From contig NC_007614.1 of assembly GCF_000196355.1 (NCBI RefSeq), forward strand, positions 1,500,001-1,532,000: a DNA stretch of 32,000 nucleotides, in the 5' to 3' direction. Numbering within the stretch: position 1 is the stretch's first letter; each line of letters starts with the position of its first letter. The DNA is from Nitrosospira multiformis ATCC 25196 (GTDB taxonomy: Bacteria > Pseudomonadota > Gammaproteobacteria > Burkholderiales > Nitrosomonadaceae). The position numbers and the translations under genes are program-made. Below the pieces are notes generated by a model. That model had not been told where the DNA came from and searched no databases. It worked only from the letters and a program-made list of their open reading frames with translations. This document shows positions 19,093 to 28,392 of the stretch, piece by piece.

Positions 19093-21009
19093 ATGAGTAA
19101 TGGTATTTTCGGCATTGGACTCAGCGCGCTCCAGGCTGCCCAGCGGGGATTGCTCGTTACGGGACATAACATCAGCAATACTGCAACTCCAGGTTATACC
19201 CGTCAGCAGGTTATCCAGTCGACCAGCGACGCCAGAGCCACGGGCAGTGGATTTATTGGCCAGGGTGTGCAGGTCGATACAGTAAAGCGGGCTTATAACC
19301 AGTTTCTCTCCAGACAGGTTGCGCAGGCGGGAACTGAATCCAGCCAGCTGGAAACATACTTTTCCCAGATGAAGCAGATCGACAGCCTGCTGGCCGATTC
19401 CATGGGCGGTTCGGGTTTATCGCCTGCCTTGCAGGATTTCTTCGGCAGCCTCCAGGAAATGGCGACAAATCCCGCTGAAGTGGCATCGCGCCAATCCATG
19501 CTGTCGAACGCAGAGATGCTGGTACGGCAGTTTCACTCAATGAACAGCCAGCTGAATGAAATCCAGGAAGGGGTAAACAGGCAAATCGAGAACAGCACTG
19601 CGCTTATCAATACCCTGGGAGCGCAAATCGCAAAATTGAATGAAACCATCCACATGGCGGAGAGTTCTGCCAACGGCCAGCCTGCAAACGACTTGCGGGA
19701 TCAGCGCGATGAGTTGGTGGCGCAGCTCAACGACGAGGTTCGCGCCACAGTGGTGCAGAGCGATGAGGGATATAGTGTTTTCCTGGGAGGAGGTCAGCCC
19801 TTGGTAATGGGTTCGCAAGCGTCTCAGCTTACTGCCCGACCCTCCGCAATGGATGCTGACCGCCTCGAGATTATCCATGTCATGGGTGGCAGCAGTATCC
19901 CGCTCAAGGAGGCAAACCTGGATGGAGGCAAGCTCGGCGGGTTGCTGCAATTTCGCAACGAGATCATTGATACGGTACGCAACGGGCTGGGGCGGGTAGC
20001 GATCGGGTTGGCGGGAACCTTTAACGAACAGCATCGGTTGGGACAAGATGCGCAAGGTAACCTGGGAGGTGATTTTTTTACTACACCGGGCCCGGTGGTA
20101 GCGGCGTCGACAGAAAATACCGGCAGCGCAGTCATTGATGCGGAAATCGTCAGTTATCGCGATCTGGACGTCAGCGATTATCGTCTGAGTTTTGATGGCG
20201 CCAACTATACGCTGCAACCCATCCGGAATGGAGTGGAAGGCACTGTTCAGACTTTTACTACCTTCCCTCAGACCGTGGATGGGGTGCGCTTGAACCTTGC
20301 TTCCGGAACAGTTGCGGCGGGAGATGAGTTTCTTATTCGACCAACGGCAAAGGGCGCCGGCCAGATCGCGGTTTCGGTTCAGGATACGGACAAGATCGCC
20401 GCGGCGGCTCCAATCCGGACAAGCGCACCTACCACCAATACCGGTACCGGGCGCATCAGCGCAGGCACGGTAAATGCACCGCTTCCCACTGATCCCAATC
20501 TGCAACAGGCGGTCACGCTTACCTTTACCAGTGCCACCACTTTTGATGTAAGCGGTACCGGCACAGGAAATCCGGCCAGCGTTCCCTTTACTGCGGGTGG
20601 CCCGATTACGTTCAATGGCTGGACTGTTCAGATTACCGGAACGCCCCAGCCGGGCGATACGTTCAGTATCGGCCCGAACACGGATGGAGTGGCTGATAAC
20701 CGCAATGCCTTGCTGCTGGGAGCATTGCAGTCAAGCAATACACTGGCCGCCGGCGGAGCCAGTTACCGGGGCGCATACGGGCAGCTGGTCAGCCTGATGG
20801 GTAACAAGACGCGCGAACTGGAGGTCACGGCTGGCGCGCAGGCTGCCCTGCTTACCCAGACTCGTGCTTTGCAGCAGTCGGAAGCAGGTGTCAATCTCGA
20901 TGAGGAAGCGGCTAATCTGCTGCGTTACCAGCAGGCATACCAGGCAGCGAGCAAGGTGATACAAACAGCTAATCAGATGTTCGATGCGCTACTCGAGATA
21001 ACGAGGTAA
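19093..21009 (+). CDS. flgK: Flagellar hook-associated protein 1 FlgK
   Basis: MSNGIFGIGLSALQAAQRGLLVTGHNISNTATPGYTRQQ...GVNLDEEAANLLRYQQAYQAASKVIQTANQMFDALLEI. Confidence 0.96.
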   Translation: MSNGIFGIGLSALQAAQRGLLVTGHNISNTATPGYTRQQVIQSTSDARATGSGFIGQGVQVDTVKRAYNQFLSRQVAQAGTESSQLETYFSQMKQIDSLLADSMGGSGLSPALQDFFGSLQEMATNPAEVASRQSMLSNAEMLVRQFHSMNSQLNEIQEGVNRQIENSTALINTLGAQIAKLNETIHMAESSANGQPANDLRDQRDELVAQLNDEVRATVVQSDEGYSVFLGGGQPLVMGSQASQLTARPSAMDADRLEIIHVMGGSSIPLKEANLDGGKLGGLLQFRNEIIDTVRNGLGRVAIGLAGTFNEQHRLGQDAQGNLGGDFFTTPGPVVAASTENTGSAVIDAEIVSYRDLDVSDYRLSFDGANYTLQPIRNGVEGTVQTFTTFPQTVDGVRLNLASGTVAAGDEFLIRPTAKGAGQIAVSVQDTDKIAAAAPIRTSAPTTNTGTGRISAGTVNAPLPTDPNLQQAVTLTFTSATTFDVSGTGTGNPASVPFTAGGPITFNGWTVQITGTPQPGDTFSIGPNTDGVADNRNALLLGALQSSNTLAAGGASYRGAYGQLVSLMGNKTRELEVTAGAQAALLTQTRALQQSEAGVNLDEEAANLLRYQQAYQAASKVIQTANQMFDALLEITR

Positions 21010-21135
21010 AAGCGCGCTGCAAAAAAGCGCGCGGTGCGCGAAAGTGGATGCTGAGAACGCTTGAAGCGGTGTGATCAGTGCAAGCACCGGCTATAGCAAG
21101 AACATATCAGTATGATATAGAAAAAGGGAATCAAA

Positions 21136-22071
21136 ATGCGCGTCAGCAGTAATACCAGTTACGAGGCGGGACTTGCTGCCATCCACCGCCAGCAATCGGC
21201 ACAGATGAAGACTTTCGAGCAGATAAGCACTGGCCGCAGCGTACTCACGCCGTCGGCAAATCCCGCGGCGTATGTTCGGGCACTCGATGTTGCCGAGGCA
21301 GACTCCGCCAACAGCCAATACGCGTTGAATCGGCAAAATGGCATGGCCAGCCTCAGTATGCTGGAAGATACTCTTGGCGGCATTACAGCCCTGCTGCAAA
21401 GGGCGCAGGAGCTTACCGTGGCTGCTGGAAACGGTACGCTGAATGACAGCGGACGCGAAACCATTGCCACTGAGTTGCGCACGAGTCTGGGTGAACTTCT
21501 GGGTTTGTCCAACCGAAAGGACGCAAGCGGGCAATATCTCTTTTCCGGTTATCAGAGTTCAACCAAGCCGTTTGAGGATACCGGGAGTGGGGTGCAATAT
21601 GTTGGCGATGAAGGCTTGCGCATGATACAAGCCAGCTCATCCCGGCAGCTTGCAGTAAATGAGTCGGGACGAGAGGTGTTCGAGCGCATTCCTGCGGCGG
21701 GAGGGAGCTACCACAGTATGTTCAAGACGCTGTCCGACCTTGCTGATTTACTCGAAACACCGGTAACCGACCCAGCGGGCAAGACAGCCCTCGCCACCGG
21801 TCTGGGTAGCGCGCAAGTGAACCTGTCCAATGCGCTCGACAATGTGCTCAAGGTGCAGGCATCGGTAGGAACGCGCATGAAGGAAATAGATGCCTTAAAT
21901 GAACGCGGCGAAGATTTGAATATTCAGTACAAACAGCAGTTATCGGAATTACGGGATGTGGACTACGTTGAGGCCATCAGTGACCTGACTCAGCAGCGGA
22001 CCTATCTGGAAGCTACGCAGAAGGCATTTCTGAAGGTGCAAAGCCTTTCCTTGTTCGATTATATACGCTGA
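21136..22071 (+). CDS. flgL: Flagellar hook-associated protein 3 FlgL
   Basis: MRVSSNTSYEAGLAAIHRQQSAQMKTFEQISTGRSVLTPSANPAAYVRAL...YVEAISDLTQQRTYLEATQKAFLKVQSLSLFDYI. Confidence 0.94.
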   Translation: MRVSSNTSYEAGLAAIHRQQSAQMKTFEQISTGRSVLTPSANPAAYVRALDVAEADSANSQYALNRQNGMASLSMLEDTLGGITALLQRAQELTVAAGNGTLNDSGRETIATELRTSLGELLGLSNRKDASGQYLFSGYQSSTKPFEDTGSGVQYVGDEGLRMIQASSSRQLAVNESGREVFERIPAAGGSYHSMFKTLSDLADLLETPVTDPAGKTALATGLGSAQVNLSNALDNVLKVQASVGTRMKEIDALNERGEDLNIQYKQQLSELRDVDYVEAISDLTQQRTYLEATQKAFLKVQSLSLFDYIR

Positions 22072-22238
22072 TGGCGGCAAAATATTTCACGCACGGCTTC
22101 TTTACCTGGAAAGAAGTTTCCTGCTGATGATTTCCATGCTCCGAGTCATTCCCCAGGGAGGCGTGCTATCCGACCGTGGTTCTGACTGCGGTTAACTGTA
22201 ACCGCTACCTGAGTTTTCAGTCGAATAGAGACGGGCAG

Positions 22239-23513
22239 ATGATTCTAGATACGGCTCCACATATTTCTTCGGTCGGGCAGGTAAAGGAATTCTTCCTGGC
22301 CCGTCAACCTATTCTGGATCAGAACCAGAATCTGATCGCTTACGAGTTATTGTTCCGCCGCGCAGGAGTCAGGGCACCGGTTAGCGCGGAGGATACCCGG
22401 GGTGCCGCTTCCATCATCGCACATACATCCGAACTGGGCATCGAGAATGTGACCGGGAGCGCGCTCGGCTTCTTCAACGTGAATTCCACGCTGTTGATGG
22501 GAGACCTGGTTAATTTTCTACCCGCCGAAAAAGTTGTGTTCGAGTTTCCTCAAACGGACAAGATTACTCCCGAACTCGTCCGGCGTGTTGCCGAACTGGC
22601 GAAGGCAGGATATCGATTTGCGTTGGATGACGTTATCACCCTGTCCGAATACATAAAACCGTTACTGCCGTTTGTTGAAATCATCAAGATCGACACGTCC
22701 GTCATGACGTATGCCGATCTGGCCATGCTCGTTCGCCAGTTCAAACAGGCACGCAAGGTGCTTCTTGCTGACAAAGTAGAGACGCTCGAACAATTCCAGA
22801 ATTGCCATGAGCTCGGCTTTGACTATTACCAGGGTTACTACTTTGCAAAACCAGCTCTTCTGTCAGGCAAGAAGCTTGCAACTTCGCAACTGGCGATCAT
22901 GGAGCTGATGACTCTGGTAGCCAGGGACGCCGACACGATAGAAATCGAGCAACGCATCAAAAAAGAAGTATCGCTTTGCCTGTCCTTATTACGATTGGTC
23001 AATACGCCCGCCATGGGTGTTACGAAAAGCATACATTCGTTAAGTGAGGCCTTGATGGTCCTCGGCCGCCGCCAGTTGCAGCGATGGTTGCAAATTCAGA
23101 TCTATGTCGGGCCGGACCCTCAGATCCAATTCGGGTCGCCGCTTCTCCTGCTGGCAGCTACACGCGGCAAACTTCTTGAACTGGTTGCTCAAAAACTTCA
23201 GCCCGCAAACAGAAGCATGGCCGATATTGCCTTTACCGTGGGCATTTTATCCTTGCTGGATGCTTTGTTCGGGCAACACATGGAAAGAATTCTCCGCCAG
23301 ATCGTTCTGAGCGAGGAGATCACCGAAGCCTTGCTGTACCGGACGGGGTTTTACGGGGACTTGCTGAAGCTTGCCGAATATCTCGAAAAACCTGGCGAAG
23401 CCGGCCGACTGCTCGTGCCCCTGCTTGCCAGATTGGGGCTCCCGATTGAAGAGCTTTATCCATTCCAATTGGAAGCATTTGAATGGAGCAACAGTTTGTT
23501 ACCTACCTTATAG
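22239..23513 (+). CDS. YuxH-like signalling protein: EAL-like domain fused to HDOD domain (start at 22239 more plausible than 22176)
   Basis: FFLARQPILDQNQNLIAYELLFRRAG (EAL-like N-terminus), FALDDVITLSEYIKPLLPFVEIIKID, then the HDOD-like IEIEQRIKKEVSLCLSLLRLVNTPAMG...SIHSLSEALMVLGRRQLQRWLQI. Confidence 0.87.
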   Translation: MILDTAPHISSVGQVKEFFLARQPILDQNQNLIAYELLFRRAGVRAPVSAEDTRGAASIIAHTSELGIENVTGSALGFFNVNSTLLMGDLVNFLPAEKVVFEFPQTDKITPELVRRVAELAKAGYRFALDDVITLSEYIKPLLPFVEIIKIDTSVMTYADLAMLVRQFKQARKVLLADKVETLEQFQNCHELGFDYYQGYYFAKPALLSGKKLATSQLAIMELMTLVARDADTIEIEQRIKKEVSLCLSLLRLVNTPAMGVTKSIHSLSEALMVLGRRQLQRWLQIQIYVGPDPQIQFGSPLLLLAATRGKLLELVAQKLQPANRSMADIAFTVGILSLLDALFGQHMERILRQIVLSEEITEALLYRTGFYGDLLKLAEYLEKPGEAGRLLVPLLARLGLPIEELYPFQLEAFEWSNSLLPTL

Positions 23514-23681
23514 AAGACATACGTTCCTGGTTGGCATGTCATCCCGCATCCCTGATACATCCGGATATCGGAGTTATAAAGTTATCCGGCCAAGGAGCAG
23601 GCACAAAAATTGATTTCGCTGCGCCTGCACCTTCGCAGAATGCCGGAGAAACCGGAACCCTGGAGCGGTTATAATATAGGA

Positions 23682-24005
23682 ATGGATACTGTTCATGGCA
23701 GTGAGCCAAGCCGGGCCGAAATCGATTCGCTCCAAGGTCCAGCTCTCGTCGAATTCGGGGCAGCGTGGTGCGGATACTGCCGGGCTGCGCGGCCGTTGAT
23801 TGCTTCGGCCTTGTCCGGAGCTCCACCGGTGCGTTATATCCGGATAGAGGATGGAAAGGGGCGGCGGTTGGGACGCTCGTTTGGCGTGAAGCTCTGGCCG
23901 ACCCTGATTTTTCTGAAGGACGGAAAAGAAATTGCGCGCCTGGTCCGGCCTGAGAATCCCGGTCTCATCCAGCGCGCTCTGGAAAATATCTGCAAGGATG
24001 CGTGA
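23682..24005 (+). CDS. Thioredoxin-family protein
   Basis: VEFGAAWCGYCRAARPLI...FGVKLWPTLIFLKDGKEIARLVRPENP: CxxC active site (CGYC) and cis-Pro segment; preceded by AGGA SD-like at 23679. Confidence 0.85.
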   Translation: MDTVHGSEPSRAEIDSLQGPALVEFGAAWCGYCRAARPLIASALSGAPPVRYIRIEDGKGRRLGRSFGVKLWPTLIFLKDGKEIARLVRPENPGLIQRALENICKDA

Positions 24006-24098
24006 ATCTTCAAGAGTGGGTGATCGCGCTCCCTGCTCTGCGTCCAGCCGGAATCCGTCGCATTATAACTTGCGCAGTCAATAACATATCAGCACTGC

Positions 24099-25043
24099 AT
24101 GAAGCAAAAAAAGGAAAATTCAGAACCCCTCCATATGGGGGAAGCGTACCCTCCGGATGTTGCCGCCAATTCTCCAGGGATGGTTTTTCAATACATACAA
24201 AAGGGAGATGGTACTTCATCCATGCCCTTTATCAGTGATCAGTGCGCCAATGTACTCGGGATCTCGGCTGGAGAACTGAAGGCTAATCCTTCGCTGCTCC
24301 AGGATCTGGTGCTTCCGGAAGACCGGGAAAGCCTGGAGTATTCGAAGGCGCAATCCGCAGCTAATCTGACAACGTGGAATTGGGAAGGACGCCTGTGGAT
24401 CGAATCCTACGGGGATATAAAGTGGGTCAGCTTGCGAGCAAGTCCGAGGCGGGAGAAGGGCGCGTGCGTGGTTTGGGAAGGCATTATCATCAATATCACC
24501 GAGAGCAGGCGCCGGGAGACAGAGCTCAAGGCATCCCATGAACGGCTCAAGGAAGTATCAGCCCACGTCATGGCGGCGAGGGAGCACGAGCGTATACGCA
24601 TTGCCAGAGAAATACACGATGATCTGGGGGGGAATCTCACTGCCATCAAGATCGATCTCGACTGGCTGGTGAGGCGGATCGATGCCGGCGCCAGCAGCGC
24701 CGAGAATGCTGTATTGCTTGCGAAAGTGCGTATTGTTTCAGATCTGGTGGATCGCACCATACATTCGATACAACGTATTTCCCGGGACCTGCGGCCCGGC
24801 ATCATGGATTTTGGCATTTTTGCGGCAATAGAATGGGAAGCGGGTGAATTTGCAAAACGCTATGGCATACCTTGCAAGGTGTCGTGCAACGAGCCGGATA
24901 TTGAACTCGAATCTGACATGGCCGTGGCCGTATTTCGAATTTTTCAGGAAGCGCTCACCAATATTGCGAAGCACGCGCATGCCTCGCATGTCTGGGTCGG
25001 GCTGGACGTGAGATCATGGATTTTGGCATTTTTGCGGCAATAG
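24099..25043 (+). pseudogene. Sensor histidine kinase, N-terminal portion: PAS + HisKA_3 + start of HATPase; frameshifted by tandem duplication
   Basis: PAS-like region, DHp box AREHERIRIAREIHDDLGGNLTAIKIDLDWL, N-box FQEALTNIAKHAHASHVWVGLDV; then the abnormal tail RSWILAFLRQ* produced by entry into the second 212-bp copy in a shifted frame. Confidence 0.88.
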
Positions 25044-25224
25044 AATGGGAAGCGGGTGAATTTGCAAAACGCTATGGCATACCTTGCAAGGTGTCGTGCA
25101 ACGAGCCGGATATTGAACTCGAATCTGACATGGCCGTGGCCGTATTTCGAATTTTTCAGGAAGCGCTCACCAATATTGCGAAGCACGCGCATGCCTCGCA
25201 TGTCTGGGTCGGGCTGGACGTGAG
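24801..25224 (+). repeat. Perfect 212-bp tandem direct duplication (24801-25012 and 25013-25224)
   Basis: Both copies read atcatggattttggcattt...tctgggtcgggctggacgtgag with no mismatch by direct base comparison; 212 mod 3 = 2, which explains the frameshift. Confidence 0.98.
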
Positions 25225-25540
25225 GCAGGAATATCTGGAGCTCAAGGTGCAGGATAACGGCTGCGGTATCGCCCCAAACGATTTCAGAAAGCTTGATTCG
25301 TTCGGGATTCGGGGCATGGTCGAGCGCGCGAGCCTGCTCGAGGGAAAACTGACGGTCAGCGCAAGGCAGGGGCATGAGTGGATTCAGCCCGGACAAGGCC
25401 AGCCAGGAATTCAGCGGGAACGGATGGGAGAGGAGCAGGCAAGGCAAGGTACTCTGGTTCATCTCTCGATTCCACTCGCTGCGGAAGCACGGCCAACGGT
25501 CCCTGCGACGGTTATTTCAGGAAAATCCACCCCGTCATGA
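25016..25540 (+). pseudogene. Histidine kinase C-terminal portion: HATPase_c domain, re-started in the second repeat copy
   Basis: MDFGIFAAIEWEAGEFAKRYGIPCK...FQEALTNIAKHAHASHVWVGLDVRQEYLELKVQDNGCGIAPNDFRKLDSFGIRGMVERASLLEGKLTVSARQG. Overlaps the upstream fragment by 28 nt; completes the kinase if one repeat copy is removed. Confidence 0.85.
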
Positions 25541-26163
25541 ATGTACTGATTGTGGACGACCATGCCATCGTGCGTCAGGGCTTAAGGCAGATTCTGACTG
25601 AAAGCGGAAAAATCGATCTTATCGCTGAAGCGGAATCGGGTGGAGAGGCAATGCGGCAACTGCGTGAAGGGGAATGGAGCGTAGTGGTGCTGGATATCTC
25701 CCTGCCCGACAGGAACGGTATCGAAGTGTTGAAGCAGATCAGGAAAGAGCGTCCCAAATTACCCGTGCTCATGTTGAGCATGCACGAGGAGGGGCTTTAT
25801 GCGATCCGGGCACTGAAGGCGGGAGCCTTTGGTTATATAACCAAGCAGAGCGCTCCCAATGAGTTGATGGCCGCCATCAACCAGGCGGCCAGGGGGCGCA
25901 AGTACCTGACACCCGCAGTGGCTGAAGCCATGGCGGAAAGTCTTGGCACGGACCACGATCGTCCGCTGCATGAAACACTGTCCGATCGTGAATACCAGAC
26001 CCTGCGCCTGATCGCTTCAGGCAAGAGTCTCACAGACGCGGCCGAGGAAATGCATCTGTCGGTCAAGACTGTGAGTGTCTACCGCGGCCGCCTCCTGCAA
26101 AAGATGAAGCTCAAGAACAATGCGGAAGTGACCCACTACGCCATCAAGAACGGCCTCGCTTGA
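25537..26163 (+). CDS. NarL/FixJ-type response regulator (REC + LuxR HTH); start at 25537
   Basis: MNVLIVDDHAIVRQGLRQIL...VVLDISLPDRNGIEVL...LSMHEEGLYAIRALKAGAFGYITKQ; HTH LSDREYQTLRLIASGKSLTDAAEEMHLSVKTVSVYRGRLLQKMKLKNNAEVTHYAI. Start overlaps the kinase stop (ATGA). Confidence 0.94.
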   Translation: MNVLIVDDHAIVRQGLRQILTESGKIDLIAEAESGGEAMRQLREGEWSVVVLDISLPDRNGIEVLKQIRKERPKLPVLMLSMHEEGLYAIRALKAGAFGYITKQSAPNELMAAINQAARGRKYLTPAVAEAMAESLGTDHDRPLHETLSDREYQTLRLIASGKSLTDAAEEMHLSVKTVSVYRGRLLQKMKLKNNAEVTHYAIKNGLA

Positions 26164-26614
26164 GCCCCTTAGTCCCTTGGTCCCTCAGCCCGTGGGCCGG
26201 ATTACCCTTCACGCCAATTCGCTGATTCGCTGCTTCTTCATGGGGGCGGCAGCATGGCGCCTCTAGCGTTGCAATAGGAAATGAGACTCCTGCCTGCTCG
26301 CTTTCGCTTGCAGAACCATAACCTTCAAGTATTCTTAAACTCTCAAAGGCTGCACCTCAAAGCACTCGGTTCCCGCTACTCCCGAGGCTGCTTCAAATAT
26401 CGCCTATGCCCTCTTTACTCCGATCTCCGCTGTTGCACGAGTGAATAAGGCAGCGCCGAATATACGGCGTTGTTCACCCCGTTAATCAGCGCATTGCCCA
26501 GCCCTGCCTCCTCTTATCATTATCGTACCTGCCTGCCCATCACCCGGATAGCAATGCCGGATAAACTCGAGAAGAGTGCGGCGGTGGCTGCGCCAAAAAA
26601 CGTGACGATGCCAT

Positions 26615-26641
26615 TAAATGTTTCTCCTGGATCACCGTTAA
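26615..26641 (+). promoter_or_regulatory. Candidate sigma-28 (FliA) promoter for fliC
   Basis: TAAA-N15-ACCGTTAA versus TAAA-N15-GCCGATAA; 97 nt upstream of the fliC start. Confidence 0.6.
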
Positions 26642-26738
26642 TAAGCATAACAGCAGTTGATTAGCTTCGGGTAATGAGGCGAACCAAAGTTGACGGCTGT
26701 AGGTGTAATTTCATGAAAAATTAGTCAAGGAGATTTAC

Positions 26739-27905
26739 ATGGCTGCAATCATCAATACCAACGTCATTTCCATGAATGCGCAGCGTAACCTCAACGGTTC
26801 GCAGAACGCACTCGCCACCACATTGCAGCGCCTGTCCTCCGGTCTGCGCATCAACAGCGCCAAGGACGATGCTGCAGGGCTTGCGATCTCGGAACGCATG
26901 ACTTCCCAGATCAAAGGCTTCACTCAGGCAATTCGCAATGCCAACGACGGCATCTCGATGTCTCAGACGGCGGAGGGCGCACTGGGGGAAATCGGCAACA
27001 ACCTGCAGCGCATACGTGAGCTGGCCGTGCAATCGCGCAATGCCAGCAACAGCGCAAGCGACCGTACCGCGCTCAACAATGAAGTCCAGCAGCTCAAGGC
27101 CGAAATCGATCGCGTTGCTTCAACCACGACGTTCAACGGCATCAAACTGCTTGATGGTACTTTCACCAATCAAGACTTTCAGGTGGGCGCCAATGTGGGC
27201 GAGACTATCAATATTGCGAGTATCGTCAATGCACAAAGCTCTGCTCTGGGAACCACTACCACTTACTCAACCACCGTTACCGGTGTAGCCGCTACAGGAT
27301 TCGCGACGCCAGCGGATGACATCGCCGCGGGCGACTTGAAGATAAACGGGGTTGACGTGGGCGCCATTACCGCAGGAGGCACAGCACCCCTTCAGGGAGC
27401 AGCCGTCGCAGCTGCCATCAACCTGATTTCGGGAACCACAGGGGTTAGCGCTTCTGCCGATGGCGCCGGTCTGGTGACACTGACCAGCACGTCCAGCGAC
27501 GGCATCACTGTGGCCATGAGTGGTACGGCTAACACCGCACGGACCGGTCTGACTGCCGGCGCAACCGCAGCAACGGCAACGACCGCCGCTGGCTTCGGCG
27601 CGCTGAAGATAGACACCACCGCCGATGCCGATACCGCGATCGCTTCGATGGATTCCGCATTGAGCGCGCTCAACGCGGCGCGTGCCGATCTCGGCGCCTA
27701 CCAGAACCGATTCACATCGGCAGTTGCAAACCTTCAGACTGTCTCCGAGAACCTGTCCGCCTCGCGCAGCCGCATCATGGATGCCGATTTCGCGGCGGAA
27801 ACGGCGGCGCTTTCGCGCAACCAAGTGCTGCAACAAGCGGGAACGGCCATGCTGGCTCAGGCAAATGCAATGCCGCAAAGCGTATTGTCCCTGCTGAGAG
27901 GTTAA
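26739..27905 (+). CDS. fliC: Flagellin FliC
   Basis: MAAIINTNVISMNAQRNLNGSQNALATTLQRLSSGLRINSAKDDAAGLAISERM...RSRIMDADFAAETAALSRNQVLQQAGTAMLAQANAMPQSVLSLLRG; SD aaggag at 26724-26729. Confidence 0.98.
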   Translation: MAAIINTNVISMNAQRNLNGSQNALATTLQRLSSGLRINSAKDDAAGLAISERMTSQIKGFTQAIRNANDGISMSQTAEGALGEIGNNLQRIRELAVQSRNASNSASDRTALNNEVQQLKAEIDRVASTTTFNGIKLLDGTFTNQDFQVGANVGETINIASIVNAQSSALGTTTTYSTTVTGVAATGFATPADDIAAGDLKINGVDVGAITAGGTAPLQGAAVAAAINLISGTTGVSASADGAGLVTLTSTSSDGITVAMSGTANTARTGLTAGATAATATTAAGFGALKIDTTADADTAIASMDSALSALNAARADLGAYQNRFTSAVANLQTVSENLSASRSRIMDADFAAETAALSRNQVLQQAGTAMLAQANAMPQSVLSLLRG

Positions 27906-27946
27906 TCGCTGGTAAACGGCCTCGCCTGAACGGCCGGGTGTGTGAT

Positions 27947-27982
27947 GAACGGGGATCGGAAGCTTGCTTGCGATCCCCGTTC
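27947..27982 (+). terminator. Hairpin terminator-like structure downstream of fliC
   Basis: GAACGGGGATCG-(12 nt)-CGATCCCCGTTC, perfect 12-bp GC-rich stem 42 nt after the fliC stop; no clear T-tract. Confidence 0.65.
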
Positions 27983-28002
27983 GAATCCTCTGAGGGTCAA
28001 TA

Positions 28003-28341
28003 ATGAAAATCGAACAATCCGGAGCCGCCATTCAACCAGGGATCGGTTCCAGAGCAACCGAAGGTGAATTCCCATACAGCGATGTTCGCCTATCGGCCGG
28101 GAAAGGAAATCCACCCCCGCCGCAGACCATGCAGGTTAAACAGGAAACGGAAAAGGAAAGGACTTTACTCGCTGGCTCCAGTCTGGAATTCAGTGTCGAT
28201 ACCGATACCGACAGGATAGTAATAAAAATTATAGACAATGAAACCCGGGAACTCGTAAGGCAGATTCCCATGGAAGAAATGCTTGCCCTGGCAAAGACCA
28301 TGAATCAGCTACAGGGTTTGTTGCTGCGCACCAAAGCCTGA
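28003..28341 (+). CDS. flaG: FlaG-family flagellar protein
   Basis: C-terminal LEFSVDTDTDRIVIKIIDNETRELVRQIPMEEMLALAKTMNQLQGLLLRTKA. Confidence 0.9.
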   Translation: MKIEQSGAAIQPGIGSRATEGEFPYSDVRLSAGKGNPPPPQTMQVKQETEKERTLLAGSSLEFSVDTDTDRIVIKIIDNETRELVRQIPMEEMLALAKTMNQLQGLLLRTKA

Positions 28342-28392
28342 TGGTGCGATCGGGCAACCCACCGGAAACAGGAAAAAGAAGAGGACAGAAAA

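Noticed and set aside
19537-20505. 322-aa minus-strand ORF inside flgK
   Set aside because: Fully antisense to flgK, low-complexity/Cys-Arg-rich composition typical of shadow ORFs.
21012-21032. GCGCGCT-gcaaaaa-AGCGCGC hairpin between flgK and flgL
   Set aside because: Terminator-like stem but no T-tract, and it lies inside the flgKL unit with no evident flgL promoter; too weak to call a terminator.
26164-26614. Long gap between the response regulator and fliC checked for tRNA, CRISPR, or small RNA structure
   Set aside because: No tRNA-like cloverleaf, no regularly spaced repeats and no convincing ORF were seen. The fliC promoter is the only signal I can support.
27267-28031. 254-aa minus-strand ORF antisense to fliC
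   Set aside because: Gly/Cys/Arg-rich shadow of the repetitive Ala/Thr-rich flagellin variable region; no supporting start or motif.
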